Positions 49,244 to 60,564 of a stretch of 64,000 bases of DNA are shown piece by piece; position 1 is the stretch's first letter; each line of letters begins with the position of its first letter. The notes under the pieces were generated by a model. That model ran no database searches, was not told the DNA's origin, and was given only the letters and a program-made list of their open reading frames with translations. The position numbers were made by a program, and so were the translations under genes. Source of the DNA: Daphnia carinata (taxonomy: Eukaryota); NCBI RefSeq assembly GCF_022539665.2, contig NC_081331.1, positions 4,216,001-4,280,000 of the forward strand. Direction: 5' to 3'.

Positions 49244-52200
49244 TTACTCCTCGTCCTGGCCATCGATCGTTAGTGCCGATCCGACTGTCAGTTCGACTGG
49301 ACTCTCTCCTTCAGCTTCCACTTTTTGCTGTTCGTCTGATTTAGCGTTTCTCAGCCCGTAAACTTGACCCCGATTGTAGACGGGGAAGTAATTGGCTGCG
49401 CCGGGCACAGCGAAACCGGGAGACGAACCACCGTTCACCGGTGTCCATTCGTCGCTCTTGACGGCGTAACCGCCAGCGGCTGGCGCAGCAGCTCCAGCGT
49501 CGTAGGCGGGAGCTTGTTCTTGCTGTGGCTGTTGATCGTATGAGGGAGCGGCGGGAGCTACAGAGTAGCTTGCACCGGCATCGTAAGCTTGGGGCTGCTG
49601 TTGGGAATAATCGGGTTGAGAACCAGCGTCAGTGTAGGTCGGTGCTGGCTGAGCGTAGTCTGCTGCTCCACCGTAAGATGGCTCTTGGGGTGCGTACGAT
49701 TGTTCTTGCGGAGCGTACGATTGTTCTTGCGGAGCGTACGATTGTTCTTGCGGAGCGTACGATTGTTCTTGCGGGGCGTACGATTGCTCTTGGGGAGCGT
49801 AACCGGCTCCAGCGTCGTAAGCTGGGGCTTGGGGAGCATAACCGGCTCCAGCGTCGTACGCTGGGGCCTGAGGAGCATAACCAGCTCCAGAGTCGTAAGC
49901 TGGGGCCTGAGGAGCATAGCCGGCATCGTAAGCTGGCGCTTGAGGAGCGTAACTGGCTCCGGCGTCGTAAGCTGGTGGCTGAGGTGCGTAACCGGCTCCG
50001 CTATCGTAGGATGGCTCTTGGGCAGAGTAACCGGCATCGTAAGATGGTGGGGCAGATCCGTAGCTGGGAGCCGGGGCGTAATCAGCGACTGGGGCCTGGT
50101 AGACGTGCACGGGAGGACGGACACCCTGGTAGATGATAATGGGTGGCTTGTGGTAGGCTTTCGGGGCTGGAACGTACACTCCCTTAGCTTTAGGTGGCTC
50201 GTAAGTGTTTCCTTTGCTTTTAGGGGCTTTGGGGGCCTTTCCGTACTGTCCTTTAGGTGCTTTAGGTGCTTTGGGGGATCCGTAAGATGCCTTGGGGGCC
50301 TTTGGTGCTCCGTAACCTTTAGCTTTAGGGGCCTTTGGTGCCTTTGGGGCCTTGGGTGCGCCGTATGAGGCTTTGGGTGCTTTAGGGGCCTTGGGTGCCG
50401 AGTATCCCTTAGCTTTGGGAGCTTTAGGAGCCTTGGGTGCCTTTTTGGGCTCTTCGGGAGTGATGTAAGCTTCGGGCTGCTGGTAGACGTGGATGGGCGG
50501 GTGTCCAGCGTAAACGATGTGTGGAGCTTCAGGTGCTTTAGGTGCCTTCTCCTTGGGTGCCTTGGGGGCTGAATATCCCTTTGCTTTGGGTGCTTTAGGG
50601 GCTTTAGGAGCAGCGTATCCCTTAGCTTTAGGTGCCTTGGGGGCCTTTGGAGCCTTAGGAGCGCCGTAAGATGCCTTGGGTTTCTTGGGAGCGCCGTAAC
50701 CCTTGCTCTTGATCTTGGGCAAGGAAATCTTGGGCAGCTTTGGGGCACCGTAAGAAGCCTTGGGAGCCTTTGGTTTCTTGGGAGCGCCGTATGAGGGTGC
50801 GGGAGCGCCGTATGAGGGTGCGGGTGGGGCATAGTAAGGATCGGGCTGGTTGACGTAGACGGGAGCTGGGGCAGGTGGGGCGCTCAAGTAAAGAGGCTGA
50901 GTCGAAGCAACGGGATATGCTGGAGCCTGATCGTAAGCGGGAGCGGGCTGATCGTAGGAAGGAGCTGGTTGTTCGTAAGCAGGGGCGGCCGGTGCGTACG
51001 ATGGTGGAGCTTGCTCGTAAGATGGGGCGGGTTGATCGTAAGCTGGAGCCGGCTGTTCGTAAGCTGGGGGAGCGTATGCCGGAGGAGCTTGATCGTACGA
51101 TGGAGCTGGTTGTTCGTATGCAGGAGCCGTGGCGTAAGCCTGTCCAGAAGGAGCTGCTTCGTAAGCCGGGGCAGGTGCGGGTTCATACTGAGCCGGTTGT
51201 GGGGCGTAAGCCGGAGCAGGGGCAGCATCGTAATACTGCTGAGGAGGAGTGTAAGGAGCAGGTGCGGCTTCGTAAGCGGGAGCAGCAGGAGCATCGTACG
51301 CCTGTTGTTGGGGAGCGTAAGCCGAAGCTGACGGCGCAGTTTCATACGATTGTGGCTGGGGTTGCGGGTAAGCCGGTGCGGGAGCAACATCGTAAGATTG
51401 TTGTTGCGGTGCGTAAGCAGACGCCGAAGGAGCAGTCTCGTACGACTGCGGCTGGGGTTGCGGGTAAGCGGGGGCTGCGTCGTAAACGGGTGCTGGGGGA
51501 GCGGCATCGTAAGTTGGAGCCGGAGCAGTTTCGTACGGTTGAGGTTGAGGGTAAGCCGGAGCAGCTTCGTACTGTTGAGGTTGAGGGTAAGCCGGAGCAG
51601 CTTCGTACGGTTGCGGTTGGGGATAGGCCGGTGCTGGAGCGGCTTCGTATGCGGGAGGAGCCGCGTCGTAAGTCGGTGGTGGCGGGGGAGAGTAAGGAGC
51701 CGGAGCTGATGCAGCGTAAGACGATCCTGCATCATAAGCCGGGGCTGGTTGTTCGTATGATGAGGCGTATTGCGGGGCCGGAGCCGGAGCGTAATCTCCC
51801 GCGGGTGGGTGGACAACGTGAATAGGCGGCTGACTATCGGATTGGTAGATCAAGACGGGAAGGTCGTGATGAGGAAGTGGGACGTATTTGATGGGATGTT
51901 CAGCCTTGGGCTGTTTGTATTCGGGCTCGGGAGCTCCGTATCCGTATCCCTTTCCCTTTGATTTCTCCTTCTGTAATTGCAAAAACAATCAATTGAATGA
52001 ATTTTTTTTTACTTTTGTTTCGACGGAGCAATTTTGTTTTGCCATTTGAAAGTGCTTTTTGTGAGGGACTCACCTTTGCCTTTGGCGGAAGAGGTGGTGG
52101 CGGGAAATAAATCACGGGTGGCTTCTCAGCCGTGTAAACAATAGGTCCGGCGTATTTGACTGGAGTAGGGGCCTTTGGTGCTTTAGGTGCCTTGGGAGCC

Positions 52201-52684
52201 TTGGGGGCCTTGGGAGCCGCATATCCCTTGGCTTTGGGTGCCTTGGCCGGTGCTCCGTAAGAGCTGGCAGGCGGAGCGGAATAGGAATCTCCATATCCAC
52301 CGCCTCCTCCTCCTCCTTTATCTGCGCATGCTAGGTGAAGAGCTATCGCTAACGATAGCAACCATAAAACCTATCATCGAAAAAAAAAAAAAAAGAAAAA
52401 GAAAAAAAAAATTGTTAAATGAAAAATGAAATATTTAATTGATCGAATCATTATAGGCAAACGATGTAATGATCCTGTTTTATCATTATCGAAAGAAAAA
52501 ACAAAAATATTTCATTTTCAATTTGTGGCGTTCGTTTTGTTGCTCGAGAGTAAAGGAGGGACGGGTGTTTGTTAAAAGAACCGGTTGAGGGAACACACAA
52601 CCACTTCCGGAAAGATGGCCTCAAGCTCGCCGTTGACCGAATTGGCTCGATGCCATAGACACATACGCACACACAAACTTGGAC

Positions 52685-52719
<35 letters not shown>

Positions 52720-54180
52720 GCTATACGGAATGTTTTTCGTTTTTTTTGTGTGTGTGTGTGCCCGTCTGTACATAGTTCTGTTGCAAGCAATCAGATAGGA
52801 GAAGGTCAAGGCTACCTGACTCGATGGCCAGGATGAGGCGGTTGTAGTGGCTAAAGGGAGAAAAGAGGGATAAGGAAGAGCAACAGGTGGAATAGAAGCC
52901 CCCTATGGCACAAGTCCCGGAGAAAAGAGGAAGAAGACCGACGCGGGCTTTCAACCTGCTGACCTAGTTACCTCACCTAAGCCGGCTCATTCCTCCAAAA
53001 TTATACTAGGCGTGTGTGTGTGTCTCGTTTTTTTTTTTTCTCTTAAAGATTTTAAAATTTGAATAAAAAAAAAAAAAGCAAAGGATGATGAGGAGAGAAA
53101 AATGTGAAGCAGGACTTGCCCTCAGGGAAAGAGCACCACCCACTCTTTTTAGGCGATGAAGCGTGAACTTTTGTTTAAATGGCCTCAATTTTCATTTTTC
53201 TCGTTTCCATTTTTTTTTCCAATTCGAAAAAGATGAAAAAATTCAAATTTGGTGCCATTTACAATTTTTGTTTGAATTTCTTACTAGAAATGGACGCTTA
53301 TGTTTTTCCTATTTTTTTTTTTTTTTTTTTTTTTCGGGTGAAACATTTTACTTGAATGCGAAAAAAGAAAAAGAAAAAACGATTTTCGACCTTGACTGAA
53401 GGGCACCTGTAAACTTGGGATGCGTGTGGCGCTTGTGGTTCGGGGTGGGGATGGGAGCCAGTATAGAGAGAATGAACAAAAATCCCGAAGACCCGTTAGT
53501 GCGTGGAATGGGGACGAGAGAGTCGAGGAGGAAGGCACGACTGACCGCAAGGTGTTTCCTACCTGATACCGTGTGTGTGTGCCTGATATGTACCGTTAGA
53601 ACAAGTGCATCTTCTCTTGAGAAAGGGCGACCTGACCCACACACACGCACACACACGGAACAAGCTTCTTCCGGCGATGACCTTTCTTAACCCGTTTGTT
53701 TTATTTGTCTCTCTTTTTTCTGCGACATCTTCCCACCCAAAACACAAAAGGGAAGAAAGGCAATTAAAAATGGAAGAGAAAACAGTTAACTGTATCCACT
53801 GTGGACAGTAATTATTTTTACTCCTTTCCCTGCGGTTGAATTTAATTTAAAAATTTGAAGGGGTTTCGCAATTTTAATATTCCAACCACTTTTTGTTCGA
53901 TGGCACACAATTCACTGATAATAAGTTTTGCTCTTTTTTTTTTCCAATCCCGCTACAAATGATAGGACCTATGCAGATTTCAGAAAAGAAAATCTTAGGA
54001 AACTCAAAAAAGAAATTGTTTTGAACGTTTTCAAATAAGCCCGCTCTTTTCTCTTTTCAAATCTTTTTCCTGCCCAAAAATGTTTGAACTTGATCGGACG
54101 GGATTCAAAATGGATTAGATTCTTCTTGTTTTTAAATGTGATTGATTCAAACTTACGGTAGTATATTTGGACCGTGCCAT
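49244..54180 (-). CDS. Secreted Pro/Ala/Tyr/Lys-rich repetitive (extensin-like, probably cuticular) protein, ~1015 aa. Exons 54180-54157, 52370-52074, 51970-49244
   Basis: MARSKYTT/VLWLLSLAIALHLACA signal peptide, phase-0 introns with GTAAGT and GTGAGT donors, SYGAP and PKAPKA repeats and a 2.7-kb last exon. Confidence 0.9.
49676..49801 (-). repeat. Coding minisatellite: 21-nt unit, about 6 copies (YAPQEQS)
   Basis: Near-identical GCGTACGATTGTTCTTGCGGA units on the + strand. Confidence 0.9.
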
Positions 54181-54225
54181 GATTCGGAGAGGTCGTAAGC
54201 CTCCACTTGATAAACACGAAACCAC

Positions 54226-54269
54226 ACTGACAACTAACTAGGTTGTCTGCCCTTCTGGGTGCTTTTATA
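54226..54269 (-). promoter_or_regulatory. TATA-box/initiator core promoter of the repetitive secreted protein gene
   Basis: TATAAAA at 54269-54263, with Inr-like TAGTT/TCAGT 30-41 nt downstream and the ATG at 54180. Confidence 0.75.
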
Positions 54270-55116
54270 CTCTGCAACCTGTACGAGTCGTGGTGGCCAT
54301 AGTATGTGCCTGTGTGTGTGTATAGGAGAACCCCCGGCCCTCCGCCGGTCTCTTCTGAGGAGGAGGGTGGAGGAGGAGTTACCAGGACGAGCACACACAC
54401 ACACACGCACACACTTGGTGTAAGCGCAGCAGCAACCGGCAATCACCAACCATCCTCAGGTGCGCTGGTGCTCATTCTTTGTAAAAGAAAAAAAAGAAAG
54501 AAAAATAGCCCACACGATTTTCTTGGTTTGATGCTAAAATGGTACGGTAGAAATTGCCTTATCATGTTACGTACCATTTTCCATGTTGATGGCCTATCGC
54601 ATTTTGAGCTAGGGCTAAAACTTAATTTTTTTTTTTTTTTTTTTTTTGTGTTTGAATTTGATTTTGCCTGTCGCTGTACGTTTATAGCGCGAATGAATTG
54701 AATAATGTAGGAAACAACGGTTCATTTTGACTCGTCTGGGAATGATTGCCTTGAGCCATAAGGATCCCAAATAATCGTAATAACAGTCATAATAGTAAGA
54801 AGAATTCGTCGGAATATCTTTTTCATTTGGCTCGTCTTGTGAGCTAGAGAAAGCCGGACCAAAAGGGGGAAGAGGGGGGGGGGGGGAATCATTGGAACGT
54901 CATGTTGGGATTTGTTTGCAGTGTAGTAGCCATCCTCCATAGGACATAGCAGTCCCCCCCCCTCTCCTCCGCCTCACCTGCCCACCCTCTTTTGTGTGTC
55001 TGTGTGTTGAAATGGGCTGCACATAAGAAACCGACGAGCCAGAGCCCGATGGCAGTGCTCCACTTAGATTCCATTGGTTCTGGGACTCCAACCAGGAAGT
55101 CGATAAGAAGAAGAAG

Positions 55117-55120
<4 letters not shown>

Positions 55121-55162
<42 letters not shown>
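55121..55162. repeat. (GA)21 microsatellite
   Basis: Read directly from the sequence. Confidence 0.95.
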
Positions 55163-55166
<4 letters not shown>

Positions 55167-58100
55167 AAAAATACCGGCCATTTTGGCTGGGCATTATAGT
55201 CAAACGAGAGAGAGAAGAGGAAGCTTTTTCTGTTGTGTATGTGCTGTTTGGTTTCTTATGTTGGACGTGGGCAGTAAACACATACACGATGGCCTTGATT
55301 CCTGCGTCCCGATCCGGCCAGCCATCGGCTTGGCCCTCCGCTATTTTTCGAAGTTGTAAACTGTTAACTGTTTAGTTCGGCTAACAAATACGTCACACGT
55401 AGCGCCACTGTTGACTTGTCCCCGACTTGTTATGACGCCCATTTGGCCACTTTCTTTACCCCCCCCCCCCCCACCCTTTCCATCCGGATAGACAGTTTTC
55501 TATTAAGAATAGGACGCAACTGGACATCAACACAGGACGAAGGGTTGATTTCCAGTTTTCATTTCGAAAAGAAACAAGAAGAGAAACATGTTGTATACTA
55601 GCAGATATCGATTGACGTAATGGGGTCGCTTATGCGCAAAGAAGTTAATGCTATGAATATTTGTCCACCATTTGTCGGTTTATCTTGTTTCGTGTTTGGC
55701 ATTGAGCCCATCCTCGTCGCGTTCGATGATGATGAGCAAACGAATTTCTTTTAAATTTAAAATTCAACCCTAAAGTTCAGAGGTCGGTCGTCCACCGAGT
55801 CGATTAAGATGAAGAGCAAAAGAGAAAACGAGGTGCTTTGTAATTTCTAACCGGCGGGGGAACGAGAACAGCCAAATAATAAAAGACGAAGAGATTCTGT
55901 TGCGCATCTCGTGCCCAAATGATAACCGAAATTTAAAAAAAAAAAAAGGCAACCCAAAAATAACAACAAAAGAACGTGCTATAATGTCTCATTGTTTTTC
56001 TTCCCCTTTTTTTCTTCCTTGACTCGTTTGTTGAGAAAACAATGGCTCACGATGGCGGCCTAATAATAAAAGAGGAGAACCTAATGGAAGGCAAAGCTTA
56101 GACGAGTTTAAACTTAAGATTTGCATTTTTTCATTCACGTCTGCTCTCCCCAGGAAATCTTAAAACTCGTCTGCGGCTGCTGCGATAATTTTCATTTGTA
56201 CGCCACAAAAAAAAAGTCGTTGCACTCGTTCGGAAGTTTGATGGAATTTTTTTTTTTTTTTTTGTGAAACCAAAATGAGAACAAATGAATTTGACAGGCT
56301 TGTTTTTTTTTAATGTTTTTTTTTTTTTTTCCTTTCGTGTTTTACTATCGGAAACAGGGTTATGTGAATCCCACATAGCAAGTGAACGATGTCTTGCCTG
56401 AAATGATGGAATAACTACAGCGTAGGCTATAGACAGTGTAATGGCGCCCTATTTGAATTAGAACCAAACGAAAACATCTGCTTAGGGAAAACAGGGAGCG
56501 TTGTAACTTTAGTTTCCAATCGAAGTAGCATGGCGTTTGGAGTTATGTAGACCAAATATTGTACAGGCTTTTTTGCAACACGTTAGCACTCAATATTTTT
56601 TTTTTAAGCGACCGCTGCATTCCTGTGCGTTATGGTTTTCAGCTTTGCTTAGAACCGCATATGCCCGCTTTCCCCGTGCAGATGCTGACCAAGATGTCTT
56701 TGGAATTTTCCCGCCCCCACCTGCTACAGGAAATAATCGCAAAAGACAGGGCTATTTTTAAGAAAAGGAATTTGAGTGATTTCCCCCATTCATTGAGGAC
56801 GGAACATCTATGAATGGATTCCATTAGAGAAACTGAATTCTCCCACTTGTCAAGTAGAGTGCATATCTTTTGTTGATTGGTCGGCCATTTTTCACCTTGT
56901 CTACCTCTTTACTGTCCGGACTAAAAAAAAAAAAAGAAGAAACGGATTTAAAAATGCCTTTAAAAAAATAAAAAAAGGAAATATATCACTTCATTAAAAT
57001 AGGCGAACAGATGGGGGGGGGGGCGTCGACCACATTATTCCGCAGACGAAAAAGGCGTAACTGAAAATACCTGAAAAAAAAAAGAACTAGAGTAGGGTGA
57101 AGGAAAAGACGCAGTAGGAAGGAAATGTAGTCAATCCGGATCTGCATTCAGTTTCTATTTTAGCTCTCTCTCTCTCTTTCTCTCTTTTCATTGCGCTTCA
57201 TCTGTTGCGATAGACGCCACAAAGAAAATAAGTGTGTCGTAATGGTTTAGATGAAATGGAGGACTTCGAAAAAAAGACAAAAAAAAAAAAAAAAAAAAAG
57301 AATGCAATATGGCGTATATGTAAACACTACGGGAAGGAGGAAAAAGAAATGTAAAAAAAAAAAAAAGCAATGAAAAAAAAAAAGAAAAGAAAATAAATAA
57401 TATGTTTTCTTTTCTTTTTTTTTTTTTTTTTTTGGCGATGATCCCGGGGTCACGTTAATTCGCCCTGAAACCACGTCTCATCCGGCGCCTGTCCCCTGAC
57501 GTCATTTTTATTTATACAGCCGAGGAGGGAAAAGGTGAAAAGGTATCCACCGTCTCACGGTGAGATGCTGATCTTTTCTTGCCCAGGGTTCACCAGCGCC
57601 GGTTCACCTTCCTACTTTACGGGCGTCTTATTATTTATTTATTTACATTTAACCTTGCGCACATACCTCGTCCTCCTATAGGCAACGGATTATTTAGCAT
57701 TTTTTTTTAATTTGAAATCAAGCGCTGAATTTTTTATTCAAAAATTTCAGTATCTTTTTTAAAAATATTGTTGCCATCCCCTTTTCGGAATAATTCCTTG
57801 GGCTACTGCTACGCGCGTAGAGTAGATTACCTATATATTCGCTCTATTGAATCAGGGGTAGTACAGCTGAGACTGGAACTCGTTACATGTTGTTTTTTTT
57901 TTCTTCTTCTTTTCTTGCGGGGGAAATGAAGAGGAAAACAAGAACGAAAAAAAAAAAAATCAGCAGACGTTATTGTAGACTATTTCTAGTAGCCCTTTAA
58001 CTGTAACGTAACAACACGTTAGAACAGCAGCGTACTCTTGTTTAACTCGTGTAAACTGGGACGTGTGTGGTCGTGCGGCCAGTCGATTTAGCGCAATCAA

Positions 58101-60532
58101 AATAACTGTTTGTGTTTTGTTTTTTTTGTTGATTTTTTATTTTTTTTTTTTTTTTTTTTTTACCTACGAACAGAAAAATAATGATAGTAGGAAAAAAAAT
58201 TGAATATTATTGTCCGACGGGCTCGTATACCAATTTTTTGTTTGTTTTTTTTTTCAAATCTTTTGTGCAGGTACGTGTACAGCGCAATTTTGAACCCTTC
58301 TGTATAGGAGGTAAAAAAATTTTTTAACTGGACGACGTGCCGAAATGTAGGGCAGGATGTATTCAATTTGGCTCTTGCCATCGCAAAGATTTATGCATCG
58401 ACATAAAAGTCACATGGTAACCCACACAGACGCACACGGGGGTGAGTTGAGGGTCCCTTTGAGGTTTTTCGGTTACTCAAAAAAAAAAATATCCAATTGA
58501 AAAGAAGGCTCCTTGTTTTTTTTGTTTTTTTTGTTCAAAAGTGGGCCGCCGCCTGGCTATATAAAATTCTGACTAGCTGTTATACGTTCTGTGAACAAAA
58601 CAAAAAAACATCAACGTAAACCCTATGGTAAAAAAAAAAAAAAAAAAAGGACCAACAGTGTGGTGGGGCCGTTGGTTCGTCAGTCAAATGATTAGGTGTT
58701 GGCGTGTTGTGATTATTATCAAATATCTGGCGTACGTGCGGTTACGTTGCTTTTTCGTTTTACTATTACGCTTTCGAAAAGGCCATACACATTTATTTCG
58801 CCCTATAATGTTAATGACTCGCACCCAAGTACCGCTGTACAACATGCAGTAAATGCAGCCTCGAGCTTCCGCCAGCACAGTTTCGTATGGCGATTTTTTC
58901 TTATCGCAATTCTTTAAAAATGTTTCGGTATAGAAAGAGGTTATCCTATCAACGTTAACGTGATTATGTTGTAAAAAGAAGAATGATTTTCCGTAGCGTT
59001 TTTGTTCGGGGGGGGGGGGGGGGCGCGCTAACATTTGAATTTTTTTTAGGTGTAGCTCAAAACTATTATTTTGAACCTTCTCTCTTTTTTTTTTTTTTTT
59101 TTTAGAGGAATCGTACGCTGTCGAGGGCGAAACTGAGGGAAGTCTGAGAGCAGGTGGTAGAGGGAGGAGAAAGAATGCGGGATCAGGTGCCAAAATGACA
59201 GAGTCGGGGGGTTAAAAGAAAGGAGAGAAAGAGAGAGGATAAGGAGAGCTTCGCCCTTTGCCGTACGTTGAAGGATGTGTTTGGGACCTGCCGTGTATGT
59301 ACAATGGGGCAGGTTGAAGAAGAAACGAAAGGCCCAGGTATTTTGGATTTGTACAAGAAGTAGATGGCGGGGGTTGATGGGGCAAGGTGAATAAGATAGA
59401 GAGGGAAAAAGAAATAAGACGAGGATAGAGCGGGGGGGGGGAGAAGTAAGGTGGAACAAGTGGATAACTGGAGAAAATGAGATAGAAAAGAGAGGGATGG
59501 TATGGAGGGGAGAAATTTTGTGTTTCTCTCTCGAAATGTAGGTGCAGGTTGTTGCTCCGGGCCAAGACCTTCACCTAGACCCGAACCATCACGTCAGCAC
59601 GTTGCAAGTTGACCTACATCTTTTTTTTTTTTTTTTTGTTTCTTTCCGTCTTCTTTTTTCTCCAAAAAAAGAAAAAATAGAAGACGATGATTGCGAGAGC
59701 GCGCGCGCCGCTCCGGCCCCTTTTTTTTTTTTTTTTTTTTTTTTTAATTTTGCCTTTTGGTTATCGTCGCCTTAGATATAGAGGCCCACACTCGTACGCG
59801 AGGTGTGTTTGCTAATCAAATTGTTACACATATCTTGCTCTCTTCATTTTTTAAAAAGAAATCCCAAAACACATTTCGTCGTAATCCGCCTGAGTTATCC
59901 CTTTGATTCTGATAATGAGATTCTTTTTTTTTTTATTATTGGGGATGGGGGGGGGGGTGGACGCACGCGAATGAAAGTGAAATACATTTTTCACGTTTTT
60001 GTTTCATTTCTATTTTGAATGAAGCAAAAAATAAGGGAAAGAGAATAATCAAATCAAAACAGAAATGGTTCAAAAGTTCGCCGACCCTATTGTGAAATAA
60101 GAGGCGGCCGCTAGGAGTTGTGACTGGGTCACAGCTTTGCGGAAGGCGTCACTTTATCCGGTATTAGGAAATACAATATCTCTCCAATCCGCAATGACCT
60201 TCCATTTCAGATATTTTTTTTTTTTTTTTTTTTTTTATAAACAGGAAATGCGAATTTGTTTTCTTATATCTTCAACTTGCAAATGCCCACATTGAACACG
60301 AACCACAGCCAAAAGAACGTGACAGATTTTTTGCTGTTGTTGACGTTTCAATTTATTACGTCTAATTAAAAACAAGAAAAATGCAAATCGCTTTGCTTTT
60401 GCCGTGTAATTGCATAATGAGAAAAAGAAAAAGAAATCAGGATGAATGGGGTTGTCGGCGCCGCGGCGTCTACAACTCAATTAGTTGGTAGCAGCTCATT
60501 CCCGACTTTTAAGATGAAGGTTAAATAGGCAA

Positions 60533-60564
<32 letters not shown>

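Noticed and set aside
49525..51825. Long overlapping ORFs (203-424 aa) in other frames and on the opposite strand
   Set aside because: Shadows of the GC-rich repetitive codons of the secreted repeat protein; no independent splice or start context.
52506..52514. Nearby ATG AAA TAT as first exon of the repeat-protein gene
   Set aside because: No usable phase-0 donor and a stop follows. The exon at 54180-54157 has a TATA box and a consensus donor.
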